From Candidatus Marinacidobacterium sp. (GTDB taxonomy: Bacteria; Acidobacteriota; Vicinamibacteria; Marinacidobacterales; Marinacidobacteraceae), in the NCBI GenBank assembly GCA_965220965.1, contig OZ244852.1:1600001-1664000 (forward strand): a stretch of DNA of 64,000 bases. The letters are read 5' to 3'. This document shows, piece by piece, positions 40,892-50,082 of this stretch (the stretch's first letter is position 1; every line of letters starts with the position of its first letter). The notes under the pieces are model-generated. The model was not told where the DNA came from and searched no databases. It saw only the letters and a list, made by a program, of their open reading frames with translations. A program made the translations under genes and the position numbers.

Positions 40892-41260
40892 GTGCTCTGG
40901 CTCCGGCTGGGCGCCAGCGCCATGCTGCTCGGCGTTGTCTGCGGCGCGTTCGGCGCGCACGCGCTGGCGTCCCGTCTGGAGCCGAAGTCGCTCCAGACCT
41001 TCGAGACGGCGGTTCGGTACCACCTGATCCACGGGCTGGGCCTGCTCGGCGTGGGGTTCGCCGCGCTCCGCGGGTTCCCCGCGCCAGTGGACGCCGCCGG
41101 AGCGCTCATGGCCGTCGGGGTCGCGCTGTTCTCCGGCAGCCTCTACTGGCTGGCCCTCGGGGGGCCGTCCTGGCTGGGACCGGTCACGCCGCTTGGAGGG
41201 CTCTGCCTGATCGTCGCGTGGGGCTGCCTCTTCGCGGCGCTGATGCGGGCCGCCGCGTGA
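40892..41260 (+). CDS. DUF423 (YgdD/TMEM256) membrane protein
   Basis: GAFGAHAL, FETAVRYH..H, FSGSLY, GPVTPLGG. Confidence 0.92.
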   Translation: MLWLRLGASAMLLGVVCGAFGAHALASRLEPKSLQTFETAVRYHLIHGLGLLGVGFAALRGFPAPVDAAGALMAVGVALFSGSLYWLALGGPSWLGPVTPLGGLCLIVAWGCLFAALMRAAA

Positions 41261-41754
41261 GCGGGCCGAGCGGCTCGCCGAAGGCCTTTCAGGACTTCTA
41301 CCCGGAGTCCACCCAGCACTGCTTCGGCTGCGGGCCGAAGAATGGCCGGGGGCACCGGGTCCGGAGCTTCTGGGAAGGCGAGGGCGACGAGCGGGAGGCG
41401 GTCTGCCGGTTCACCCCCGAGCCGTTCCACACCGCGATGCCGGGCGCGGTCTACGGGGGGCTGATCGCCTCGCTGGTGGACTGCCACGGAACCGGGACCG
41501 CCGCCGCCGAGGCCTACCGGGCGGCGGGACGGCCGATGGGCGTCGGGCCGGCGCTCCGGTTCGTCACCGGCTCGCTCCAGGTGCGCTACCTCCGGCCCAC
41601 GCCGATCGGGGGCGAACTAACCCTCCGCGCCCGGGCCGCCGAAGTGAAGGAGCGGAAGGTCCTCGTGAGAGTGCGGGTCTACGCCGGCGACCTGCTCACC
41701 GCCGAGGGCGAGGTGCTCGCCGTCCGCATCCCGGAGGGCTGGCCCGGAACCTGA
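41257..41754 (+). CDS. PaaI-like hotdog-fold thioesterase
   Basis: CFGCG..N..G, YGGLIASLVDCH, VTGSLQVRYLRPTP; GTGA overlap with the DUF423 gene. Confidence 0.85.
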   Translation: MSGPSGSPKAFQDFYPESTQHCFGCGPKNGRGHRVRSFWEGEGDEREAVCRFTPEPFHTAMPGAVYGGLIASLVDCHGTGTAAAEAYRAAGRPMGVGPALRFVTGSLQVRYLRPTPIGGELTLRARAAEVKERKVLVRVRVYAGDLLTAEGEVLAVRIPEGWPGT

Positions 41755-41764
41755 CCCCTGGTTC

Positions 41765-44332
41765 CTAGTCGGCGAGCACCCGCAGGGGCTTCCGGCGCAG
41801 GACATCGGCGGCCGCCACCGCGCCGACGACCGCCGCCCCGACCGAGGGGAGCGCCACCGCGAACGCGGCGATCATCGGCTCGGCGGCGAACGGGAGCAGC
41901 ATGACGTGCCGCACCACGATCCAGACGGTCGCGGCGGCGCCGATCGCGGCGGCGGCGCCGGCGATCGCGCCGATCGCCCCGTGCTCGAGCAGCGTCACCG
42001 CGACCACCCGGATGCTCCCGGCCCCGAAGACCCGGAGGACGGCGGTTTCCCGCCGGCGGGCGCCGATATGGACGGCCACCGAACCGGTGAGGATCAGCAG
42101 GCCGCCGAGGAGCGCGATGAGGCCGACGACGCGGATCGCGAGCGCGACGGTGTCAGCCACCTGCTGCATCGTGTTCAGAACGTCGCGAAGATCCACCACC
42201 GAGACGTTCGGGAAGTCGCCGACCACGGCGCCCTGGAAGCGGGCGCGCGCGACGACATCCTCCGGCCCCCGGACGAACCCGGCGTAGGACTTCGGAAAGT
42301 CCGCCACCGAGTCGGGGTGGAACAGGAACGTGAAGCCCCCGTTGCGGGCGTTTCGCCACTCCACGTCCCGGATCGAGGTCACCCGCGCGTCGAGCGTCTC
42401 GCCCAGGATCGCGAACCGGATCGTGTCTCCCAGCCGGATCCCGTGGTCGTCGATCAGCCAGTCCTCCACCGAGACCTCGATCCCCTCGGCGGGGCGATCT
42501 CCCCAGAACTCGCCGGCGACGACGACCTCGTTGTCCTCCATCGTGGACCGGGCGCTCACGGTGTACTCGCGGCCCAGTCCCGCGCGGCGCACGGTCTGCC
42601 GGTCGGGGTACTCGAAGGTGGCGCCGAAGATCCCCTGGATCCGCGTCTGAAGCACCGGGATCAGGTTGATGTCGGGGGCGCCGCTGGCGGCGGCGCGCTC
42701 CCGGACCGCCTCGCGCTGATCCTCCTGGATGTCGAGGAAGAACAGGTCGGGCGCATCCCGGTCCTCCTGGAAGGAGAACTCCCGCTGGAGGTTCCGCTCG
42801 ATGCCGACCGCCGCGGTCACGAGGAACACGCCGACGCCGAGGGCGACGAGGACCACCCGCACCTGCGCCGCGCCCCGCAGCACCGTCCGCACCGCGTGGC
42901 GCACCGCGAAGGAGCGCGCCTTCATGAGGGCCTGCAGGCTGCGCAGCAGGAACCCTCCCAGCACCCAGAGGAGCGCCGCGACGCCGACGAAGCCGCCGGT
43001 CACCGCGAGCGTGATCAGCGCCGAGCCTGACTGCCATCCGGCGAAGGCGAAGAACCCGCAGGCGGCGGCCACCGCGACCCACCGCTCCAGCCGGGGAGCG
43101 GCGGCGCCGGCGTCCTGGTCCAGCAGCTCGCCGCTGCGCAGCAGACCGAGCGGCCGGACCCGGCGAAGCGGGACTAGCGGGAAGAGCGCCGAGAGCGTGG
43201 ACACGACGAGGCCGGTCAGCAGGCCCTGGAGCGCCGCCACCGGCGTCAGCCGGGCGGCGAACTGGATCCCGAAGCTGTCCACCGGCGGGATGAAGAGGTG
43301 AAGCGCCGCCGCGCCGATGGCGATGCCGAAGAGCGAAGCCAGCCCGGCGAGCGCGAACACCTGGAGCAGCGCGATCCACAGGATCGTGGAGGCGGGGGCG
43401 CCGAGACACCGTTCGATGGCCGCCGATCGGAGGCCCTGGCGCGCGAAGGCGCGCGCCGCGCTGAAGACGCCGATGCCGCCGAGAACGAGGATCACGAAGC
43501 CGGCGAGGCTGAGATAGTCCTCCGCCCGCTGAATCCGCCGCGCCAGACGGGCCCCGGTCTGGCGATAGGTGCGGACCCGCACCGGCTGCTCGTCGAGCGC
43601 CTCGCGCAGCCCGGAGGCCAGCGCGGTCGCCGCGGCGTCGTCAGCGACGGCGAACAGAACCTCCCGTCGGCCCCGGCCCGGGGTGTCCACCAGCCCGGTG
43701 GCCCGGAGATCCTCGAGATGGACGAGGACCCGGGGCCCGCGGGTGAAGAAGTCCACGCCCGCCCCCGGTTCCCGGAGCAGCTCCCCCCGGACCTCGAACT
43801 CTTCACCGCCCAGCAGAATGGCGTCGCCGATGGCGAGGCCGAGCCGGGCGCGCAGCTCGGGCCGCACGATCGCACCCCGGCCTTCGAGCAGGCCGGGCCG
43901 GTACTCGGCGCCCTCCGCGAGCTCCATCGCGCCGTAGAGCGGGAACGCGTCGTCCACCCCCTTGAGCTCCACCATCGCGGCGCGCACCGGATCGGCGGCC
44001 GAACGGGCCAGGGTCGCGATCTGGGCGGCGCGCGCCACGCCGGAGAGCGGGAAGAGCGAAGAGGCGTCGTCCATCGCCGCCTCGACTTCGGGGCTGAAAC
44101 CCTCGGATGTCGAGGCGACGACATCCGCGGCCATCAGGAAGCGGGACTCGGTCTCGAGCGCGTCGTGAAGGCTGTCGGCCGCCGAACGCAGCACCACGAT
44201 GGCCGCCACGCCGATGCCGACGGCGAGGAAGAAGACGAGGAGCCGCCGAACCGAGGATCGAAGCTCCCGCCCCGCCATCCGGAGCGTGAAGCGAACCGGC
44301 TGGAATTCCGGTTCGCGGGAAACGGGCGCCAT
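41765..44332 (-). CDS. FtsX-like ABC transporter permease (YbbP type)
   Basis: ELKGVD..FPLYG, APDLFFLDIQ..Q, FPNVSVVD; duplicated FtsX architecture. Confidence 0.88.
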   Translation of the reverse strand: MAPVSREPEFQPVRFTLRMAGRELRSSVRRLLVFFLAVGIGVAAIVVLRSAADSLHDALETESRFLMAADVVASTSEGFSPEVEAAMDDASSLFPLSGVARAAQIATLARSAADPVRAAMVELKGVDDAFPLYGAMELAEGAEYRPGLLEGRGAIVRPELRARLGLAIGDAILLGGEEFEVRGELLREPGAGVDFFTRGPRVLVHLEDLRATGLVDTPGRGRREVLFAVADDAAATALASGLREALDEQPVRVRTYRQTGARLARRIQRAEDYLSLAGFVILVLGGIGVFSAARAFARQGLRSAAIERCLGAPASTILWIALLQVFALAGLASLFGIAIGAAALHLFIPPVDSFGIQFAARLTPVAALQGLLTGLVVSTLSALFPLVPLRRVRPLGLLRSGELLDQDAGAAAPRLERWVAVAAACGFFAFAGWQSGSALITLAVTGGFVGVAALLWVLGGFLLRSLQALMKARSFAVRHAVRTVLRGAAQVRVVLVALGVGVFLVTAAVGIERNLQREFSFQEDRDAPDLFFLDIQEDQREAVRERAAASGAPDINLIPVLQTRIQGIFGATFEYPDRQTVRRAGLGREYTVSARSTMEDNEVVVAGEFWGDRPAEGIEVSVEDWLIDDHGIRLGDTIRFAILGETLDARVTSIRDVEWRNARNGGFTFLFHPDSVADFPKSYAGFVRGPEDVVARARFQGAVVGDFPNVSVVDLRDVLNTMQQVADTVALAIRVVGLIALLGGLLILTGSVAVHIGARRRETAVLRVFGAGSIRVVAVTLLEHGAIGAIAGAAAAIGAAATVWIVVRHVMLLPFAAEPMIAAFAVALPSVGAAVVGAVAAADVLRRKPLRVLAD

Positions 44333-45081
44333 CAAACCGCCACCAGCGCGGGTTCTTCGGCTTCGGGCGCCGCGACGGCGGCGTCCTCCTCGTGGAGCGC
44401 CCCGCCCCGGAGGAGAAGGCGCCGGTCGGCGCGGGCCGCGAGCCCGGAGTCGTGGGTTGCGATCAGGAGCGTCGCGCCGGTCCGGTCGCGCACTCCCACC
44501 AGGAGGTCGGCGATCCGCGCGCCGGTGTCCTCATCGAGATTGCCGGTGGGCTCGTCGGCGAGGATGACCATCGGCTCGTTCGCGATGGCGCGGGCGATCG
44601 CGACGCGCTGCTGTTCGCCCCCGGAGATCTGCGAAGGCAGGTGGTGGGACCGCTCCCCCAGCCCGAAGGACTCGAGCAGTTCCCGCGCCCGGTCGTGTGC
44701 GTCGCGGACGCCGGCGATCTCCAGCGGAACGCCGACATTCTCGAGCGCGGTCAGGTTGGGCAGCAGGTGGAACGACTGGAACACGAACCCGAGGTGTTTC
44801 GCCCGGAAGCGGGCGAGCCGCTCCTCGTCGAGCGAACCGAGATCCGTCCCGGCGACCCGGACCGCGCCCGAGGTGGGAGCGTCGAGACCCGCGAGCAGAC
44901 CCAGAAGGGTGGATTTGCCGCTCCCCGACGGCCCCCGGACGCAGACGATCTCGCCCGGCCGGGCGGTCAGCTCGAGACCCTTCAGGATCGTCAGCGGCCG
45001 GTCGCCGCTCATGACCGTCTTGCCGAGACCGGTCGCCTCGATGACGGGCGCGGCGGGATCCAATGTGCTCTCTGGCGTCAC
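44332..45081 (-). CDS. ABC transporter ATP-binding protein (YbbA/LolD type)
   Basis: GPSGSGKST, GFVFQSF, SGGEQQRVAIARA, ADEPTGNLD. Confidence 0.93.
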   Translation of the reverse strand: MTPESTLDPAAPVIEATGLGKTVMSGDRPLTILKGLELTARPGEIVCVRGPSGSGKSTLLGLLAGLDAPTSGAVRVAGTDLGSLDEERLARFRAKHLGFVFQSFHLLPNLTALENVGVPLEIAGVRDAHDRARELLESFGLGERSHHLPSQISGGEQQRVAIARAIANEPMVILADEPTGNLDEDTGARIADLLVGVRDRTGATLLIATHDSGLAARADRRLLLRGGALHEEDAAVAAPEAEEPALVAV

Positions 45082-45102
45082 AAACAGCGTTCCTCGATGT
45101 CT

Positions 45103-45870
45103 CTACCCGCTCCCGGAACGCGCCGGCGGAACCGCGGGTTCCCCAAGGAGCGGCTCGAGAGCCTCGGAGACGGTCGCTGCGAGTCTCCGGGCGCCCTCGG
45201 GGTTCGGATGGATGCGGTCCCTCTGGTTCAGATCCGGTTCCCCCGCCACGCCCACCAGAATGTCGGGGAGAAGCGCGACGCCGGTGTCGGCGGCGACTTC
45301 CGGGAAGACCGCGGCGAACGCCTCCTCGTAATCCAGACCGAGTTCGGGAGGCGAGGGGACCCCGGCGAGCAGGACCCGGATCCCTCGCCCTTCCGCCTCC
45401 CGGATCATGCCGCGGAGGTTGTCCGCCATCGAATCGGGCGGGGTCCCGCGGAGCCCGTCGTTCCCGCCCAGGGCGACGACCACGATCCCCGCCGCTGGCT
45501 GCCGGTCGAGGACCCAGGGGAGCCGGCGCAGCCCCCCGGCGCTCGTCTCGCCCGAGACCCCGGCATTCACCACCCGCCAGGCGTGGCCCTCCGTGTCGAG
45601 CCACTCCTGGAGGCGGGCCGGCCAGGCTTCGGTCAGGTCGATCCCGTAGCCCGCGGTCAGGCTGTCCCCGAAGGCGACGATCACCGGGCGGTCGTCCGCC
45701 TCGGCCTGCGGCGCCGGCGCGGATCGGGCCTCGACCGGACGAGCGGCGACGACTGGCTCGGGCTCGGCGCCGGCGCAACCCGACAGGAGGGCGAGCGCCG
45801 CCGCGGCGGCCAGCCAGAGGCGCGGAACGGGGTTTTCCCGCTTCGATCGGGGGCAGGCGCCTCGGAGCAT
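45103..45870 (-). CDS. Arylesterase/TesA-like SGNH hydrolase, probable lipoprotein
   Basis: FGDSLTAGYG, NAGVSGETSAGG, LGGNDGLRG, DRIHPN; lipobox LSGC. Start is uncertain. Confidence 0.9.
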   Translation of the reverse strand: MLRGACPRSKRENPVPRLWLAAAAALALLSGCAGAEPEPVVAARPVEARSAPAPQAEADDRPVIVAFGDSLTAGYGIDLTEAWPARLQEWLDTEGHAWRVVNAGVSGETSAGGLRRLPWVLDRQPAAGIVVVALGGNDGLRGTPPDSMADNLRGMIREAEGRGIRVLLAGVPSPPELGLDYEEAFAAVFPEVAADTGVALLPDILVGVAGEPDLNQRDRIHPNPEGARRLAATVSEALEPLLGEPAVPPARSGSG

Positions 45871-45953
45871 CCGTCGTCTCCGGGGAACCAGCGGACGGGC
45901 TTCCGCGCCCCGGGCGGGGCGAAGGATAGCGCCGGGTAGAATCGGCGCCGCCG

Positions 45954-46418
45954 ATGGACGGGGGTGTCGACGGAGGGCCGGGAGGGAAGCCCCGGATGGT
46001 CGTCTTCCTGTGTGTCGCGAATTCGGCGCGCAGCCAGTTGGGGGAGGCGATCGCGCGCCAGATCGCGCCTCCCAACGTGCGGATCCGGAGCGCCGGATCC
46101 CAGCCGTGGAAGGTCCACCCGATGGCGATCCGGGTGCTTGCGGAGGACGGCATCGATATCTCGGGAGCGCGCTCGAAGGGGATGGACGAGATCCCGCTCG
46201 CCGAAGCGGATCTCGTGGTGACGCTGTGCGCCGACGAGGTGTGCCCGGTCACGCCGCCGACGGTCCGCCATCTCCACTGGCCCCTCCCCGACCCCGCCTG
46301 CGGCTGGACCGAGGAGGATCAGCTCGTCCGCTTCCGCGAGACGCGGGATGCGCTCCGGGCTCGCATCGCCGGGCTCTTCGCCGAGGAGTTCGGCGCCGGG
46401 ACCCGCGGCGGCGACTGA
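45954..46418 (+). CDS. arsC: Arsenate reductase ArsC (thioredoxin-coupled, LMW-PTP fold)
   Basis: FLCVANSARSQ (CX5R), SAGS, TLCADEVCP, HWPLPDP. Confidence 0.8.
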   Translation: MDGGVDGGPGGKPRMVVFLCVANSARSQLGEAIARQIAPPNVRIRSAGSQPWKVHPMAIRVLAEDGIDISGARSKGMDEIPLAEADLVVTLCADEVCPVTPPTVRHLHWPLPDPACGWTEEDQLVRFRETRDALRARIAGLFAEEFGAGTRGGD

Positions 46419-48107
46419 CTACCCGATCGACGCGATCCGCCGCGTCTCCGCGAGCGTGAGGGCGCGCGCCTCCTCGGGCGAAACGACCTCGAAGGCGACT
46501 TCGGACCCGGGCAGCGCCTGACCCAGCCGGGCCAGGTCCGGCGCCGTCACGACGCCCAGCTTGGGGTAGCCGCCGGTGGCGCCGTGCTCGGGCCCCATCA
46601 CGATGGGCCGCCCGGAAGCCGGAACCTGGACGGCACCCGGCGGGCTGGCGTCGGAGACGATCTCGTTTCGTCCGGGAACGTGGGTAAGGGCCGGGCCCTC
46701 GAGTCGGACGCCCATCCGGTTCGAGTCCCCCGACACCTTGAACCGGAGGTCCGGCAGCTCCTCGAGGCAGTCGGGCGTAAAGCAGTCGTCCTGGGGGCCG
46801 AGGCTGATCCGCAGCCGGAGCGTCCCGCGCTGCGGCGGCCGGACCGCCTCGGGGAGGAACCGGTGCTCGCGCGCTCCCGGCGACCCGGGACCGACGTGGA
46901 GCAGGTCTCCGCGGCGCAGCGAACGCCCCTCCAGCCCGCCGAACCCGGCGAGCTGGTAGGTGGACCGGGACCCCATGACCTCGGGGACCGCGATCCCGCC
47001 CGCGACCGCGAGGTAAGCCCGCAGCCCCGCCGGCGGCCCGGTGAACCGCAGGACGCTGCCCTCCGGCGCCACGACCGCCGTCCCGGGGGGCGGCTTCCAG
47101 GGGGGCCGGCCCGGCATCTGGAGGAGGGCGCCATGATCGGCGCCGCCCAGCGCGAAGGTGGCCTCACCCCGGAACCGGAGCACCGGGCCCATGAGCGCCA
47201 TCTCGAGACCCGCCGCCCCGTCCGGGTTGCCCACGACGCGGTTCGCAAGGCGCAGCGACGCCGGGTCCGAGGCTCCGGACCGCGGGACCGCCAGGTGGAG
47301 GTATCCGCGCCGCCCGAGGTCCTGGACGGTGGTCTGAAGGCCACCCTTTTCGACTTCGATCACCGGACGCCCCTCCGCCGGAACGCCGGAGCCGCGGGGC
47401 GGGGCCCGGTCGGAGCGAGGGAGGTCGGGAACCGCGCGAAACCGCACGACGTCGCCGGCGAGACAGGCGGTCGGAGGATCCCGGTCGAGGTTCCACAGGA
47501 TCGACGGGTCCACCCGGCCCAGAAGCCGCCACCCGGTGGGGGCCTCCCAGGGGTACATGCCGAGCTGCCGCCGCGCGGTGATCAGCGAGCCGGCCGGCAC
47601 GCGCAGCCGGGGAACCGGACGGCGCGGCATGTCGAGACGCGGGTCCGTCATTCCCATGTACGGGAAGCCGGGCACGAACCCCATCGAGAGGACCCGGAAG
47701 TCCCGGTCGGTGTGCAGCCGGACGACGTCGTTCACCGCGAGTCCGGCGTGCGCCGCGAGCTCCGGCAGGTCCTCCCCGTCGAACACGCAGGGGATCTCGA
47801 GGCGTCGCTGCGGCGCCGGCGCCTCGTCGCCCGCCCGCCGGGCGAGCCGGAGCGCGTGCGCGCGAATCGCGACCGGGTCGGCGGCCGGATCGTGGAGGAC
47901 CAGGACGGAGCGGTAACTCGACACGCACTCCAGATACCCCTCGAAGGGTTCTTCGTCGAGGAGTCGGGCGAGCGCGGTGGCCCGCGCGCTCAGCGCCAGC
48001 GAGATCTCGTTTCCGAACTCCACCACGAAAGCGGACGCTCCGGCCCCGAGCAGACGGGGGCCCGGAAGCCCGGCGGGCGTGGTCTCTTCGGGCGACCCGC
48101 CGTCCAC
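46419..48107 (-). CDS. pxpBC: Fused 5-oxoprolinase subunits PxpB-PxpC (KipI/KipA-like)
   Basis: PxpB motifs GFVPGFPY and PTGWRLLG continue in frame into PxpC motifs TTVQDLGR.G, ANRVVGN, SNRMGVRL, GAVQVP and TGGYPK. Start approximated at GTG 48107. Confidence 0.88.
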   Translation of the reverse strand: MDGGSPEETTPAGLPGPRLLGAGASAFVVEFGNEISLALSARATALARLLDEEPFEGYLECVSSYRSVLVLHDPAADPVAIRAHALRLARRAGDEAPAPQRRLEIPCVFDGEDLPELAAHAGLAVNDVVRLHTDRDFRVLSMGFVPGFPYMGMTDPRLDMPRRPVPRLRVPAGSLITARRQLGMYPWEAPTGWRLLGRVDPSILWNLDRDPPTACLAGDVVRFRAVPDLPRSDRAPPRGSGVPAEGRPVIEVEKGGLQTTVQDLGRRGYLHLAVPRSGASDPASLRLANRVVGNPDGAAGLEMALMGPVLRFRGEATFALGGADHGALLQMPGRPPWKPPPGTAVVAPEGSVLRFTGPPAGLRAYLAVAGGIAVPEVMGSRSTYQLAGFGGLEGRSLRRGDLLHVGPGSPGAREHRFLPEAVRPPQRGTLRLRISLGPQDDCFTPDCLEELPDLRFKVSGDSNRMGVRLEGPALTHVPGRNEIVSDASPPGAVQVPASGRPIVMGPEHGATGGYPKLGVVTAPDLARLGQALPGSEVAFEVVSPEEARALTLAETRRIASIG

Positions 48108-48136
48108 GCCCAGGGATCCGGCCTTCGGGTCAGAGC

Positions 48137-48892
48137 TCAGGCGAGCGCCGCGACCTCGACCCCGGCGTCCTCGAGGCGGCGGCGCACGGTGCGGGCGTTG
48201 CCGAGCGCGGCGGGGTTGTCCCCGTGGAGGCAGAGGGTCTCGGCGTCGAGCTCCACGCGGCTCCCGTCGTGGGCGGTCACGAAGCCGCCCGCGATCTCGA
48301 CCGCCTGCGCCGCCGCCCGCTCCGGGTCGTGGATCACCGATCCGGCGATCGCGCGCGACTGGAGCGTTCCATCCGGGTTGTAGACGCGGTCCGCAAACGC
48401 CTCGCCGGCGTAGCGCAGCCCGGCGGCGACCGCCGCCTCCCGCATCGCCTTCGACGTCGCCAGCCCGACGAAGATCAGGTCCGTGCTCAGCCGCGCGACT
48501 CCGCGCGACAGCGCCCCGGCGAGATCCGGATCGCCGACCGCCTGGTTGTAGAGCATCCCGTGGGGCTTCACGTGGACCATGCGCCCCCCGCGGGACCCGA
48601 CGAACGCGGAAAGCGCCCCGACCTGGTAGACGACATCGGCTTCCGCCTCGGCGGGCGTGACCTGGATCCGCCGCCGCCCGAAACCCCGCAGGTCGTGGTG
48701 CCCGGGATGCGCCCCCACCGACACCCCGCGCTCCATCGCGAGCTGCACCGTCCGGTCCATGATGAGCGGGTCCCCGGCGTGGAACCCGCAGGCCACGTTC
48801 GCCGAGGTCACGATCTCGAGGATCTCCTCGTCGCAGCCGAGGGCGTAGTTGCCGAAGCTCTCGCCCATGTCGCAGTTCAGGTCGATGCGCAT
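48137..48892 (-). CDS. pxpA: 5-oxoprolinase subunit PxpA (LamB/YcsF)
   Basis: IDLNCDMGESFG, SANVACGFHAGD, GAHP, HVKPHG.LYN, EAFADR.Y, TLCLHGD. Confidence 0.95.
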   Translation of the reverse strand: MRIDLNCDMGESFGNYALGCDEEILEIVTSANVACGFHAGDPLIMDRTVQLAMERGVSVGAHPGHHDLRGFGRRRIQVTPAEAEADVVYQVGALSAFVGSRGGRMVHVKPHGMLYNQAVGDPDLAGALSRGVARLSTDLIFVGLATSKAMREAAVAAGLRYAGEAFADRVYNPDGTLQSRAIAGSVIHDPERAAAQAVEIAGGFVTAHDGSRVELDAETLCLHGDNPAALGNARTVRRRLEDAGVEVAALA

Positions 48893-48981
48893 GCGATGTC
48901 CCCCGCTCCTTCAGGACCGGTGAACCCGGCCGCTCCAATTATCCGCGGGACGGCGGAGCGCGCCCGGGCTAGAATTCCCTC

Positions 48982-49068
48982 ATGGGCAAGGGCGACCGGC
49001 GCACGAAGCGCGGCAAGATCTTCCAGGGCACGACCGGGAAGCGCCGACCGAAGCGCCCCAAGAAGTAG
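48982..49068 (+). CDS. 30S ribosomal protein bTHX (Thx/PSRP4 family), 28 aa
   Basis: Manual translation gives MGKGDRRTKRGKIFQGTTGKRRPKRPKK*, matching the THX motif MGKGD.RT.RGKI..G..GK.RP. Too short for the ORF track. Confidence 0.9.
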   Translation: MGKGDRRTKRGKIFQGTTGKRRPKRPKK

Positions 49069-49095
49069 CGAAGCGCCTCCGGCGGGGCCGGAGGT

Positions 49096-50082
49096 TTGCG
49101 CGAGAGGCGGTTCGGCGTGCCGCCGGCTGAGCAGGGCGCCGCCGCCTCGGCGGCATTCGTCGGATATCTCCGGTCGAAGGCGACGGTCGACGCGCGGGCG
49201 CTGAACCGCGAGGTCCGGGCAGCCGCCGCAGCGGCGATTCGCCGCCGCGCCGCCGCGCTGGCGCCCGCCGGGACGTTCCGCGCGCTCGAGGTGGGCGCCG
49301 GCGCCGGACACGCCTTCTCGCGGTGGATGGACCTCCTCGCTCCCTGCCCCCGGGTCGATTTCCTCGCCACCGACGCCGACCCTGCGGTCCTCGCCGTATC
49401 CCGGGGCGAAGCGCTGCGCTGGGGCGCGGCCTCCGACCTGACGCTCACGCGCTCCGAGCCCGACCACATCGCGTTCGAAGGGGCGGGCGCCGATTCGCGC
49501 CGCGTCGATATCCGCCTTCGTCCCCTCACCCTCCCGGAGGAGACACCGCCCGGCCGCTTCGACCTGGTCGTCTCCCAGTCGCTGTGGGACCTCCTTCCGC
49601 GAGGCGCGGCGCGGGACTTCGCGGCGCGCGTCCTGGCGCCCGGCGGGGTGTTCCATGCGGCGCTGACCTTCGCGGGCGCGACGATGTTCGCCCCGCCGCA
49701 CCCCTCGGACGCCGTGATCCTCGACAACTACCACCGGAGCATGGGCGGCGCCCGGGGTGGAGACCCGAACGCCGGCGACCGGCTGGTCGAGGACTTCCGC
49801 GCTCCCGGTTCCGGCTTCCGCGAGCTCGCATCGGGACGCTCCGACTGGGCGGTCATCCCCGAGGGGGGCCGCTATCACGCGGACGAGCGGCTCTTCCTCG
49901 AGACCATCCTCGGCTTCGTGGAGAAGGAGGCCGCCGCCAACCCGGCCATCCCCGAAGCGGAGCGGCGCGACTGGTCGGGCGCCCGACGCGCCCAGCTCGC
50001 CGAGGGCCGGCTGGCCTACACCGCGCGGCAGATGGACCTCGCGGCGGAGCGGATCAGTCCGGCGAACTCCTCGTCTCGATGA
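49096..50082 (+). CDS. Class I SAM-dependent methyltransferase
   Basis: LEVGAGAG motif I, D.D motif, [16 protein letters not shown]; N-terminal YL..K.TVD.RALN. Start is uncertain. Confidence 0.78.
   Translation: MRERRFGVPPAEQGAAASAAFVGYLRSKATVDARALNREVRAAAAAAIRRRAAALAPAGTFRALEVGAGAGHAFSRWMDLLAPCPRVDFLATDADPAVLAVSRGEALRWGAASDLTLTRSEPDHIAFEGAGADSRRVDIRLRPLTLPEETPPGRFDLVVSQSLWDLLPRGAARDFAARVLAPGGVFHAALTFAGATMFAPPHPSDAVILDNYHRSMGGARGGDPNAGDRLVEDFRAPGSGFRELASGRSDWAVIPEGGRYHADERLFLETILGFVEKEAAANPAIPEAERRDWSGARRAQLAEGRLAYTARQMDLAAERISPANSSSR

Noticed and set aside
45954-46418. Arsenic-resistance operon
   Set aside because: arsC is solitary, with no arsR, acr3 or arsB adjacent; orphan arsC genes are common.
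48108-48938. Apparent PxpA-B-C triple fusion (839-aa ORF)
   Set aside because: The upstream part is off-frame to pxpA, which has its own stop at 48137. Only B and C are fused.
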